DNA from: a virus
Taxonomy: Duplodnaviria > Heunggongvirae > Uroviricota > Caudoviricetes
Length of the DNA stretch: 64,000 nucleotides
Strand: one strand, 5' to 3'
IMG/VR virus record: IMGVR_UViG_2859180793_000001
Location: 2,529-66,528 of that record
Part shown: one piece after another, positions 44,604-52,344 of the stretch
How the letters are laid out: each line of letters opens with the position of its first letter
Numbering within the stretch: the stretch's first letter is position 1
The notes under the pieces: generated by a model
Seen by the model: the letters and a program-made list of their open reading frames with translations, nothing else
What the model was told of the DNA's origin: nothing
The model's database searches: none
Translations under genes and position numbers: made by a program

Positions 44604-44630
44604 AAGCGCCTGAAAAGGCGCTTTTTCTTT
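44604..44630 (+). terminator. rho-independent terminator after mazF
   Basis: AAGCGCC-tgaaaa-GGCGCTT hairpin followed by TTTTCTTT. Confidence 0.7.
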
Positions 44631-44698
44631 GTGTGCTCGCCTTGTGATGCGTAAGCCACTGATTTTAAAGGGAAAAATCGCTCTGTAAGACGTTCCGG

Positions 44699-44713
44699 CA
44701 CTCTTATAGAACC
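44699..44713 (+). promoter_or_regulatory. class-B motif CACTCTTATAGAACC
   Basis: CCTTATA(G/C)AG family. Plus-oriented and antisense to the DUF4145-like gene. Confidence 0.4.
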
Positions 44714-44869
44714 CTGCCGCAACTCGCACCCCGTGGGAGCAAAACGCAACAGCGCAGAGAGCGACCGCAGACACGCACACACCGACCGACGAGAACGCGC
44801 GCAGAAGCGATCCAAACGACCGGTTGACCGTCTGACACGTCTAGACCGCAGAAGCGATTACAGCGCGTT

Positions 44870-45559
44870 TTAACGAGTCGGTTTGAGCGAAGCAATGGCT
44901 GCGTCTACGGTCCTAGCAAGTTCCTCGGCTTGCGGGTCTGGCTTCGCAGGTTCAGAAGGCGCGGCCTTGCGCCGGCCACGAGCAACACGAGCAGGCAGCT
45001 CAAACAGAAGCTCGGCCAACGCCTCGGCGAACTTCAGGACACGCCGGGCATCCTCCAGGGTCGGCTTGGGAAGTTCATCGTCGGCATGCCGCTCATTGTT
45101 GGCCTCCAGACGAACCTCGTGCGCCCAGTCCTTCATGTCAGGAGTAATGAGGTGATCGGCAGCAGCCTGTTCGATTCGCTTGTGAAGGTTCCCGGTCTTG
45201 TAGCCCTTCTCCTTGAGCATCCAGTCCACAGCAGTCGCAGAACCAATGATGCTAAGGCGCGGCGTCGCCAAGGCAGCATGAGCATCCGCAAGGCTCTCAC
45301 GCGCACGCTCGGGAATGTCCATCGAGTAAGTCTTCGGCTTAGGCCAGGTGTTCACGACGGTCAGGAACTTGGAAGCCTGCACGACCGTAAGCAGGCCACA
45401 AGTGCCGCACTGAAGGGCAAACACCCAACCGCCGTCATCGGCCGCAACTATGTCCTTGTAGACCATCGAGAGGTTCGGCTTGGCGATCAGACAATGCGGA
45501 CACCGATGAAGTTGAAGATAGTTCGGCAGCGAGTTTTCAAAGGCCATAGCAGGGAGCAC
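44870..45559 (-). CDS. zinc-ribbon + DUF4145-like domain protein
   Basis: N-terminal C-x2-C...C-x2-C. C-terminal GNLHKRIEQAAADHLITPDMKDWAHEVRLEANNERH resembles the DUF4145 signature (K..L..RI..L.....I.......H.lR..GN.aAH). Confidence 0.5.
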   Translation of the reverse strand: MLPAMAFENSLPNYLQLHRCPHCLIAKPNLSMVYKDIVAADDGGWVFALQCGTCGLLTVVQASKFLTVVNTWPKPKTYSMDIPERARESLADAHAALATPRLSIIGSATAVDWMLKEKGYKTGNLHKRIEQAAADHLITPDMKDWAHEVRLEANNERHADDELPKPTLEDARRVLKFAEALAELLFELPARVARGRRKAAPSEPAKPDPQAEELARTVDAAIASLKPTR

Positions 45560-45743
45560 TCATGGTTCGACGCGCCAAGGATACGACACACGGAGGAGAC
45601 AACAGAAGACAGAGAGTGAGTGAGGAGTGTGCGGGCAGGTGTGGTAGGCGGCAGTTGGTGTCTGGTGGGGCGGGGGAAAGTAATACGTCGACGAAAAGCC
45701 AACGCGCTCGGGGAAACCTTACACATTGCCGATTGACAACAAC

Positions 45744-45763
45744 AGTCACCACTGACTATAGTT
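45744..45763 (+). promoter_or_regulatory. palindromic promoter-like element AGTCACCACTGACT+ATAGTT
   Basis: Preceded by TTGACA. Followed by an about 500-bp non-coding stretch. Confidence 0.5.
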
Positions 45764-46111
45764 TCGCTCAAATGGTTGCCTGCAAGCAGTAAGTCGTTTT
45801 CGGCGCTTGAGTGCAGGGAGTCGCTTCTTTTCTCGGGGGCTTGTTCTTGCCTGTCGGGTTGTCATACGCGGAGATGCCTCCGATGTGGCCCAACGGTGGA
45901 ATGGCTTCCCTACCTCTCACTACCAGGCTGCAAAGGCTGTGGGGGGGTAGGGGGGCTTATTCTTCCGCTAGGGTTCCTCATCGGAGGGGTATCAAAACAA
46001 TAACAACCCCTCACTGTGTTTGTTCATTGTAGAGATCACGGACCAAAGCTCGCCGCGCGGGATACGGGTGCGAAGCCAGACAGGCGACCCCGTGGAGAGC
46101 CCAAGTCCGGT

Positions 46112-46142
46112 CCCCTATAAGAACGTCGGAGAGTCCCTATAA
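46112..46142 (-). promoter_or_regulatory. two class-B motif copies (CCCTATAAG x2; minus orientation CTTATAGGG)
   Basis: Copies at 46112..46121 and 46134..46142, 22 nt apart. Confidence 0.4.
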
Positions 46143-46194
46143 GTTTCCAAGGCCGCGTGCCTTCTTCCTAGGAGAAAAACAGCCCCTGCCGCTC

Positions 46195-46203
46195 TTATAG
46201 GGC
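46195..46203 (+). promoter_or_regulatory. class-B motif CTTATAGGG (plus orientation)
   Basis: About 75 nt upstream of gene 46278. Confidence 0.4.
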
Positions 46204-46277
46204 GATTGCATGTTCCCACCCTCACTCCTGCGTCAGCTTGCGAAGCTGAGAGCTTCCTACTGACGCACGGAGGCGAC

Positions 46278-46472
46278 ATGCCGGTTCCCACCACACGTCC
46301 TGACTTGGCTTGTGACACTGCATCTATCGAAACAACAGTCACGGAGCAAGGGATGTTCGGTATCACGCATGAGGGGTGCAACGTTCTCTACAAGGGTCGC
46401 GTTATTGAAGAGTGCAAGAGCGAGGCCGAAGCCATCGCCCGTCGCGACGAAATCATCAACGTCTACATGTAA
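46278..46472 (+). CDS. hypothetical protein (64 aa)
   Basis: ACGGAGG RBS. Confidence 0.45.
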   Translation: MPVPTTRPDLACDTASIETTVTEQGMFGITHEGCNVLYKGRVIEECKSEAEAIARRDEIINVYM

Positions 46473-46482
46473 GGAGCTGGTG

Positions 46483-46626
46483 ATGAGCGCGCAAACCGTT
46501 CAGATGTATCGCAACAAACTTCGTCGCATGGGGCAGTGGGCCGGCGTGCGACACCTGCGCAATCAAGGCATCGCCTTCGAGGACGCTTACTTCATCGTGT
46601 TTGACCGGGCACCGCGCCTGGTGTGA
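46483..46626 (+). CDS. hypothetical protein (47 aa)
   Basis: AAGGAG RBS. Confidence 0.4.
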   Translation: MSAQTVQMYRNKLRRMGQWAGVRHLRNQGIAFEDAYFIVFDRAPRLV

Positions 46627-46639
46627 GAGGAGAGCCGCA

Positions 46640-46813
46640 ATGGCAATGGAACAACTGATCGAGCGCATGAAGGCGCATGGCTTCCGCGAGGAAGGAAACG
46701 TGATCGTGCATGACGGCGAACTGGTGCCGGTCTACGCCACATGGGTGGACGCCATCCTGGGCTGCATCGACGTGGCGGCCGAAGACATTCTGCTGCCGGA
46801 AGAGGAGAACTGA
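46640..46813 (+). CDS. hypothetical protein (57 aa)
   Basis: GAGAGGAGAG RBS. Confidence 0.4.
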   Translation: MAMEQLIERMKAHGFREEGNVIVHDGELVPVYATWVDAILGCIDVAAEDILLPEEEN

Positions 46814-46814
46814 A

Positions 46815-46982
46815 ATGGACATGGGAATCACGCTGTTGGCTTACATGCTCGCCGGCTGCGCAATCGCTGCGACGGCCTGGGGTATTGCCAAGACGGTGGA
46901 TGCCGCGCTGTGGGCGCAGGACAAGCTGACGCGGATGTGGCTGCGCCGGATGCCGGCCCGTTTGCGTGCCATCAATCGGTAG
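46815..46982 (+). CDS. small membrane protein (55 aa)
   Basis: Single TM helix, basic C-terminus. Start 2 nt after the upstream stop. Confidence 0.4.
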   Translation: MDMGITLLAYMLAGCAIAATAWGIAKTVDAALWAQDKLTRMWLRRMPARLRAINR

Positions 46983-46994
46983 TCAATGCTGACT
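46981..46994 (+). promoter_or_regulatory. palindromic element AGTCAATGCTGACT
   Basis: Begins an about 260-bp non-coding stretch. Confidence 0.45.
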
Positions 46995-47257
46995 CTACGC
47001 GGCCACACCAGGCCGCCTGGAGTCTCCCAACCAGCGGCCTAGGCCAGGCGCCTCGGCCAGGCCAGTTGGCCAACCCAACCATGTTCGCCCGATCCACGCG
47101 CCCCAGGGAACTGCCATGGGCACGCCTTGGAAGAGTGCCACGGGTGGACATTTCTAGCGCAGCACGCAGGGACAGATAGCGCTCCTGCCTGCGCCCCAAC
47201 CACGTTCCCATGTTGCCGGTGACGAACCCCAATGCGGGTAACGCATACTGCACATGT

Positions 47258-47277
47258 AGTCAGCACTGACTGATAAA
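47258..47277 (+). promoter_or_regulatory. palindromic promoter-like element AGTCAGCACTGACT+GATAAA
   Basis: 27 nt upstream of ATG 47304. Confidence 0.5.
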
Positions 47278-47303
47278 ACGCAAAACAACTTCAGAGGATC
47301 GCT

Positions 47304-47543
47304 ATGCACCGTTTCCCCAAAGCCAAAGCCATTGAATCCACTATCGAGCGCGCGGAACCGACCGACGTGCCGGACATGCAGAACGATCAGGAGCGCGAAC
47401 CGCTGCCGCAGCGTCTGTATCAAGGCATGAGCGACTATACGCTCGCTGCCTATCTGGAAGACATGCAGGAGCGGGCTGAGATCGAGCAACTGCGCCGCAC
47501 GATTCGCACCAATGGCAAGCTGACCGCCACCGACCTCTACTAA
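47304..47543 (+). CDS. hypothetical protein (79 aa)
   Basis: AGAGGA RBS. Confidence 0.45.
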   Translation: MHRFPKAKAIESTIERAEPTDVPDMQNDQEREPLPQRLYQGMSDYTLAAYLEDMQERAEIEQLRRTIRTNGKLTATDLY

Positions 47544-47907
47544 GCACGAGGGCGGTATGCCAAGACAGTGAACCGCTGCGCAGGCTGTGATGCGCAGCAG
47601 GGCTTCGCAACAGCGAAGCGGGTGGCAAGTCACCAAGGAGCGCGTCCACGGGCGTGATGTGTCAATGTGGGCCGCATGCTGCCGGTCTTTGGTGCTCACG
47701 GGATACGGCGCGCCAGCTGACTGGGCGGCCCGAGGGATACGGCGAGCAAGCCAGATTGGACAGAGCCAGGCGGTTGCCTGCCCGTCTCCTTGGCCAGACG
47801 TAGGGGCCCGCCTGCGTGACGCCTGGGTGCGCCTGAGCGCACGCGAGTATCACGCCCCGCGCCTCCCTACAAGCGAAACCCCATGATCCTCGCCGATACA
47901 ACATCGA

Positions 47908-47966
47908 TGCTTAAAAACATTTTGCTTAAAAAAGTGCTTGCTTGTCCCTGTGGTGTCTGTAGAATT
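47908..47966 (+). promoter_or_regulatory. sigma-70-like promoter with A-tract UP element for low-GC moron
   Basis: GCTTAAAAA repeats. -35 TTGCTT (47938..47943), 16-bp spacer ending in TG, then -10 TAGAAT (47960..47965). Confidence 0.45.
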
Positions 47967-48021
47967 GTCTCTGTTGCGAGTGCAACAACACACAAACAAA
48001 CACACACGAAAGGTAAACATC

Positions 48022-48624
48022 ATGACCAACGCAAAGCGCACCGTTAAGGCAGAAACGATCCAGGCAAACATCGTGAAGGCACTGCAAGCACGTATCGACG
48101 CCGCACCGAATGCGAATCAAGCCGACAACCTGACGCGCGAACGTCAATGCTTTGAAGGTTCAAGCGCGCTCGCAATGATCGAAAAATGCAAAGCGCTGGA
48201 AGTCGATTTTCAAGCGCTCGCACGCAAGTTCGAGATTGCAGACAAGTCGAATGCTGATTTTGTCGCAGTGTATGCACTGCAAAAGATTCGCAAAGCATTG
48301 TTCGCGCTTGCGCTGAACTCGCGTGCGTCTTTCGACAAATACAGCAATTCGATTATTCAGAACCTTTGCGACCTGCAAGACCTGAATACCAAGCATACGC
48401 GCATGTCCATCTGCAACGCGATCGAGTTTGACGAACTCGAACAAGTGCGCACGATCAAGCGCTATCACAATTGCAGCGAATCGACCGCTTCCACGCAATC
48501 GTCGTCCACTCGCATGATGCTTAACTATCTGAACATCTGCGCTGTTGCGAAGGGTCGCAAAAACGACGTTATGACGTTTGCTGACACGCTCGCAGCAAAG
48601 CAAGTGCAAACGATGTTTGCATAA
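48022..48624 (+). CDS. hypothetical protein (200 aa) in low-GC compositional island
   Basis: GC about 50% against a 65% backbone. Atypical codon usage (GCA, AAA, TTT and TCG are frequent). Confidence 0.55.
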   Translation: MTNAKRTVKAETIQANIVKALQARIDAAPNANQADNLTRERQCFEGSSALAMIEKCKALEVDFQALARKFEIADKSNADFVAVYALQKIRKALFALALNSRASFDKYSNSIIQNLCDLQDLNTKHTRMSICNAIEFDELEQVRTIKRYHNCSESTASTQSSSTRMMLNYLNICAVAKGRKNDVMTFADTLAAKQVQTMFA

Positions 48625-48631
48625 TAACAAC

Positions 48632-48645
48632 AGTCAGCGCTGACT
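48632..48645 (+). promoter_or_regulatory. palindromic element AGTCAGCGCTGACT (extended AACAGTCAGCGCTGACTGTT)
   Basis: Followed by TTGACA and a half copy AGTCAGCGC at 48661..48669. Confidence 0.5.
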
Positions 48646-48763
48646 GTTGACAAGCGAGACAGTCAGCGCCCTAGCGCAGGGGTTCAACGACCGGTCAGAC
48701 CGAGACCGATGTCCTAGAACTCCTGCGCGCCCGCCTATACCCAGCCTTCCTCGTTCCGGTCCC

Positions 48764-48810
48764 CAAAATGCGCTTCCTTATAGAGCCAGGGGCGGGAAAA
48801 GTGACGTTCC
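48764..48810 (+). promoter_or_regulatory. tandem class-B motifs TTCCTTATAGAGCC / TTCCTTATACAGCC
   Basis: 14-bp direct repeat at 48764..48777 and 48797..48810, upstream of gene 48911. Confidence 0.45.
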
Positions 48811-48910
48811 TTATACAGCCGTGCGCGGGTGAGACAACCGGGCGGATGGGAGCTTGCACACCACAGCGTCACAGCCTACAGTCGGCCGCTCACATTGAAC
48901 GGGGGAACCT

Positions 48911-49108
48911 ATGGCAGTCACCATTACCAAGAGCCAGCTGGAGACGCTGGCAATCGCCGTATTCAGCGAGCGCAACCGCATCGAGAGGGAGCTGGGCACC
49001 GACCGAGCCATCACCAACAAGGAGTGGTTGGAGCTGGACACGATTCGGGGGATTTTGCACTCCGCGATCGAGGAAGGAGGGAGGGACTACGAGATTCGCA
49101 AAAAGTAG
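48911..49108 (+). CDS. hypothetical protein (65 aa)
   Basis: GGGGGAA RBS. Confidence 0.45.
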   Translation: MAVTITKSQLETLAIAVFSERNRIERELGTDRAITNKEWLELDTIRGILHSAIEEGGRDYEIRKK

Positions 49109-49127
49109 GGTATGTCCGTTCGCCCGA

Positions 49128-49141
49128 TCCTTATACAATCC
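49128..49141 (+). promoter_or_regulatory. class-B motif TCCTTATACAATCC
   Basis: 43 nt upstream of the lipoprotein gene 49184. Confidence 0.4.
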
Positions 49142-49183
49142 CCCGCGCCGGCCGCTGCGCGGCCTAAAAGAACGGGGAACATA

Positions 49184-49633
49184 ATGGGCATGAGGACTTG
49201 GACGGGGGTCAACCTGGTGGTGCTGCTGGCAGGATGCGCAAGCGTCTCGCCGGCGCAAGACCCCGATTATCTGAAAGCCGAAGCGATGATGGCCCAGCAG
49301 CGTCAGGATGCCGTCGTCACGTGCGTGGGCAAGACCCAGTGCGACAAGGCATGGGCGCTGACGCGCGTCTACGTGTCGGAGCGCTCCGCCACCAAGGTGC
49401 AGCTCTCGACCGACACCCTCATCGAGACCTACGGGCCCGTGGACCGCGTGACCGTGAGCCTGCGCGCCGTGCGCACGCCAGGACCGGGTGACACGCAGAC
49501 CATCGAGATTGGAGCGAACTGCCGAGGGATGTATGCGCCTGGCGGCGGCCCGGGCTCCTTCTACATCCCCTGCATCAAGCAGGTGGTGCCGCACGTCGTG
49601 CAGTTCCGGCCGTTCGTCCAGGCGCGTCTGTAG
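49184..49633 (+). CDS. lipoprotein (149 aa)
   Basis: Signal peptide plus lipobox LLAGCAS. Confidence 0.5.
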   Translation: MGMRTWTGVNLVVLLAGCASVSPAQDPDYLKAEAMMAQQRQDAVVTCVGKTQCDKAWALTRVYVSERSATKVQLSTDTLIETYGPVDRVTVSLRAVRTPGPGDTQTIEIGANCRGMYAPGGGPGSFYIPCIKQVVPHVVQFRPFVQARL

Positions 49634-49635
49634 GT

Positions 49636-49917
49636 TCAGGCTGGCTTGGCCAGCTTCTCCAGGTAGGCGAGCTGCTCAGGGGTGAGGCTCTTGAACTGCT
49701 CAAGCAGCTTGGCCTGCTTGCCGCGACTCGATTCCTTGGCCTGGCGACGCGCTTCGAGGTGTGGACGGAAGTCTTCGACGTTGGCGTTCAACGCCAGCAC
49801 TTCCATGACCGCGCCTTGGCTGATTTTGAACTGTTTGGCGATTTCCCCGATCCGCGTCGCCGCGTCTTTGTTCACCACGACGGTGTGACGCGGGTTCTCA
49901 TTCTTTTCTTCTGCCAT
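49636..49917 (-). CDS. hypothetical protein with HTH-like segment (93 aa)
   Basis: TRIGEIAKQFKISQGAVMEVL is HTH-like. Distal gene of the SOS-box cassette. Confidence 0.4.
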   Translation of the reverse strand: MAEEKNENPRHTVVVNKDAATRIGEIAKQFKISQGAVMEVLALNANVEDFRPHLEARRQAKESSRGKQAKLLEQFKSLTPEQLAYLEKLAKPA

Positions 49918-50001
49918 CGAGCATTTTCCTCAAGTTTCATGCACACATGCGCATTTGCTTGAGAATTATAGTGCTTGAGAAGTTGTTTCTGACAGCGCCA
50001 C

Positions 50002-50397
50002 TCAAACGCCGGCTTCAACCAGCGCATTTTCGATCTGTTCTTCCGTCGGCGGGGCGGCTTCTGAGTGCTCCGGGGCAGGGCCACCAATATCGCCAGGCGC
50101 AGGAAAACGGACCAGCCACGTCTGCGCGTAGTCCGTGATGGTGTCGATGCCCGACACGCGGCGCTCGTAACCCTTGAGCAGCAGCTGGGAGCCGTTGGCC
50201 CAAACCAGTTCGGCGTCGAACAGCATCCACTCGCGCTTGTCCTCGGTCTGGATCAACTCCGCCACCCGCGTGCTCAGGCGGTCGATGGTGTCCCGTTTGG
50301 TGTTCAGGCGCAGCACGCCGCGTGTGCCTCCCATCGCCCGCATCCACTTCTGCTTCATGATGCCGCCCAACTTGAGCGGCGTGACATGCACTTTCAT
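50002..50397 (-). CDS. hypothetical protein (132 aa), LexA-box-associated
   Basis: ATG at 50397 with an AGGTG RBS. A LexA-like box lies immediately upstream. Confidence 0.45.
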   Translation of the reverse strand: MKVHVTPLKLGGIMKQKWMRAMGGTRGVLRLNTKRDTIDRLSTRVAELIQTEDKREWMLFDAELVWANGSQLLLKGYERRVSGIDTITDYAQTWLVRFPAPGDIGGPAPEHSEAAPPTEEQIENALVEAGV

Positions 50398-50409
50398 CGC
50401 TGCACCTAA

Positions 50410-50429
50410 TACTGTATGGATATACAGTA
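50410..50429 (-). promoter_or_regulatory. LexA/SOS box TACTGTATGGATATACAGTA (CTGT-N8-ACAG)
   Basis: 17 of 20 matches to the TACTGTATATATATACAGTA consensus. 13-32 nt upstream of the minus-strand start at 50397. Confidence 0.6.
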
Positions 50430-50435
50430 TAGCGC

Positions 50436-50462
50436 CCAAAAAGAAGCCCGCCGAAGCGGGCT
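50436..50462 (-). terminator. rho-independent terminator (minus strand)
   Basis: On the minus strand: AGCCCGC-uucg-GCGGGCU followed by UCUUUUU. Confidence 0.6.
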
Positions 50463-50466
50463 GAGT

Positions 50467-50646
50467 CTAGACAGTAAAGCCAATGCGCGGCGAGTCGTCC
50501 GGCTCGGGTTCGCTCGGGGCGAGCAGTCCGTAAGGCATCTCACGCAGCGTGAGGAGGCCCGCCAGGCAAAGCGGATTGTGGGTGATGACCGTCATGATGA
50601 CGATCGTGGCCAGAATCGCGAGGTTCAGCAGCAGTGCGTGGTTCAT
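50467..50646 (-). CDS. small membrane protein (about 60 aa)
   Basis: Start at 50646 with an AGAGG RBS (the longer ORF runs to 50679). Two hydrophobic helices. Confidence 0.4.
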   Translation of the reverse strand: MNHALLLNLAILATIVIMTVITHNPLCLAGLLTLREMPYGLLAPSEPEPDDSPRIGFTV

Positions 50647-50697
50647 GGGGCCTCTGATGTAAGTTGGAACTGACATCATACGCAGGCCCGCTCGGCA

Positions 50698-50710
50698 GCT
50701 CTATAAGGGC
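50698..50710 (-). promoter_or_regulatory. class-B motif (minus orientation GCCCTTATAGAGC)
   Basis: Between the helicase stop and the small membrane gene. Confidence 0.4.
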
Positions 50711-52282
50711 TCAGGCGGCCAGCTTCGTGAGGCCAAGCCCCTCGAAGTCGAAGTCCGCGCCGGCGGGCAGGATGTTCTCGGCGAACCCCGGCGTGCCCTC
50801 AATGATGGCGCGGCGCTGCTGCGCGTGCGCCTTCAGGTGGCCGTTGTAGGCGTCCTCGAAGTCGACCACGAGGCAGACGTTGGGTCCGAACTTCTTCGCA
50901 CGCAGGCCGCGACCGATGCGCTGGCGCAGCGACACTTCAGCCTTGCCGCCGCCCGCGAGAATCACCATGCCGACCGCCGGCACGTCCACGCCCACGTCGA
51001 GGATGGTGGTGCCGATGAGCACGTCGAGCTGACCCTTGGCCAGGCGGGAGAGCGCGGCCTTGCGCTCCTTCTGGTCGTTCTCACCCCGGATGAACGCGGC
51101 ACGCACGCCGGCGGCCTTGAGCATCTCGACGAGCTTCTCGCCATGCTTGGTCTGCTGGACCAGCACCATGACCGTCATGCCGAGCTTGGTGCCGCGCGTG
51201 GCCTCGTAGACGATCGCCGCATTGCGCTCAATCGCATCCACGATGCCCAGACGATAGGCAGCCTGCCACGCGGTGCCACGGTAGAGCTTGGGCGGCTGCT
51301 GTGTGAGCGGGATGATCTTGAAGTAGGGCTTGGCCAGGATGCCGCGCTCGATCAGCATCTGCTCGCTCACCTTGATGCCGATCGGACCGAACGCAGCCAT
51401 CAGCCGCATGTTCGACTCTTCGTCGTCCTTCATGAACGGCGTCGCCGTCAGCGCAAGGCGGTAGTGGGCGTTTTTGCAGTGCTGGAGGATCTCGTAGTAG
51501 CTGTTGCCGCCAGCCTCGTGCGCCTCTTCGCCGATCACCAGCTCGAACTTGGAGAGCAGGTCGATCGTCTGCTGCCGTCGGCGGGCCTGCGCATTCTGCT
51601 TCTCCACGTCATCGTCCGGGTCGGGCAGCGCGAGCCGTGCGACCAAGGTCTGCACCATCCCCACGCACACCTTCTTGACCGCTTGGCGCTCGTTACCGTG
51701 CGCGTCGACGATCGTGTGACCGAACTGACCGTCACCGAGCACCGAGACCGGGATGCCCATGTCGCGCTCGATCGCGTCCTTCATCTGATACATGAGGATC
51801 GAGCGGGTGGTCAGGAACAGGGTGGGGCGACCGATGCGGGCGATGGCCAGCTTGGCCACCTTCGACTTGCCCGCGCCCGTGGCCAGGCGCGCGATGATCT
51901 GGCCGTGCCGCAGCAGTCGCTCGATCGTGTCGGGCTGATAGTCGTAGCGCGGATCGTCCGGGAAGTCGTCGACCTTGGGGTTCTCCGGCCCCAGCGGCCC
52001 TGGCAGCGGCCGACGCACGGTGTTCACCGTGTAGCCCTTGCGGCGCAGCGCTGCGGCCACGAACTGCGTGAAGCCGGCGGGGAATGTGCTCTTGCGGAAG
52101 TCGTAAAAGGACGAGCGGCCATCCCACCCGCCGGACTTGAACGCCATCGTGTTCTCGGCGCCGTCCACGCGGTAGGAGAGCACCCGCTGCACCTCTAGCG
52201 CGACAGCTCGCGAAGGCTGATGCAGCTTGGCGATGACCGCGTTGCTGGCGATGGTTACGACTTCACTCATTGGCCTTGCCAT
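50711..52282 (-). CDS. SF2 DEAD/DEAH-box DNA helicase (UvsW/RecG-like candidate)
   Basis: Walker A ATGAGKSKVA. DEAH-like VIGEEAHEAG. Motif III LTATP. Motif VI QRIGRGLR. 523 aa. Confidence 0.75.
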   Translation of the reverse strand: MARPMSEVVTIASNAVIAKLHQPSRAVALEVQRVLSYRVDGAENTMAFKSGGWDGRSSFYDFRKSTFPAGFTQFVAAALRRKGYTVNTVRRPLPGPLGPENPKVDDFPDDPRYDYQPDTIERLLRHGQIIARLATGAGKSKVAKLAIARIGRPTLFLTTRSILMYQMKDAIERDMGIPVSVLGDGQFGHTIVDAHGNERQAVKKVCVGMVQTLVARLALPDPDDDVEKQNAQARRRQQTIDLLSKFELVIGEEAHEAGGNSYYEILQHCKNAHYRLALTATPFMKDDEESNMRLMAAFGPIGIKVSEQMLIERGILAKPYFKIIPLTQQPPKLYRGTAWQAAYRLGIVDAIERNAAIVYEATRGTKLGMTVMVLVQQTKHGEKLVEMLKAAGVRAAFIRGENDQKERKAALSRLAKGQLDVLIGTTILDVGVDVPAVGMVILAGGGKAEVSLRQRIGRGLRAKKFGPNVCLVVDFEDAYNGHLKAHAQQRRAIIEGTPGFAENILPAGADFDFEGLGLTKLAA

Positions 52283-52307
52283 CCTATAGTTGGAAGAGTA
52301 AAGTATA

Positions 52308-52321
52308 AGTCAATATTGACT
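52308..52321. promoter_or_regulatory. palindromic element AGTCAATATTGACT in divergent region
   Basis: TATACT -10-like box on the minus side (facing the helicase). ATTCCT on the plus side (facing ParB-like 52345). Confidence 0.5.
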
Positions 52322-52344
52322 ATTCCTAAACTGGGATACCCACA

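Noticed and set aside
45776-46381. ORFs 45776..46003 (+), 45811..46032 (+), 46115..46381 (-)
   Set aside because: No RBS, Cys/Gly/Arg-rich improbable products, and overlap with repeat-containing non-coding DNA. Treated as non-coding.
47587-47886. 99-aa plus ORF in the 47.5-47.9 kb spacer
   Set aside because: Arg/Trp/Ala-rich, no RBS, overlaps direct repeats. More likely non-coding.
48768-49184. 138-aa plus ORF overlapping the tandem class-B motifs and gene 48911..49108
   Set aside because: Runs through promoter-like repeats and overlaps a better small ORF with a strong RBS in another frame. Product is low-complexity.
50825-52198. 457-aa plus-strand ORF
   Set aside because: Antisense to the minus-strand SF2 helicase, which shows helicase motifs I, II, III and VI.
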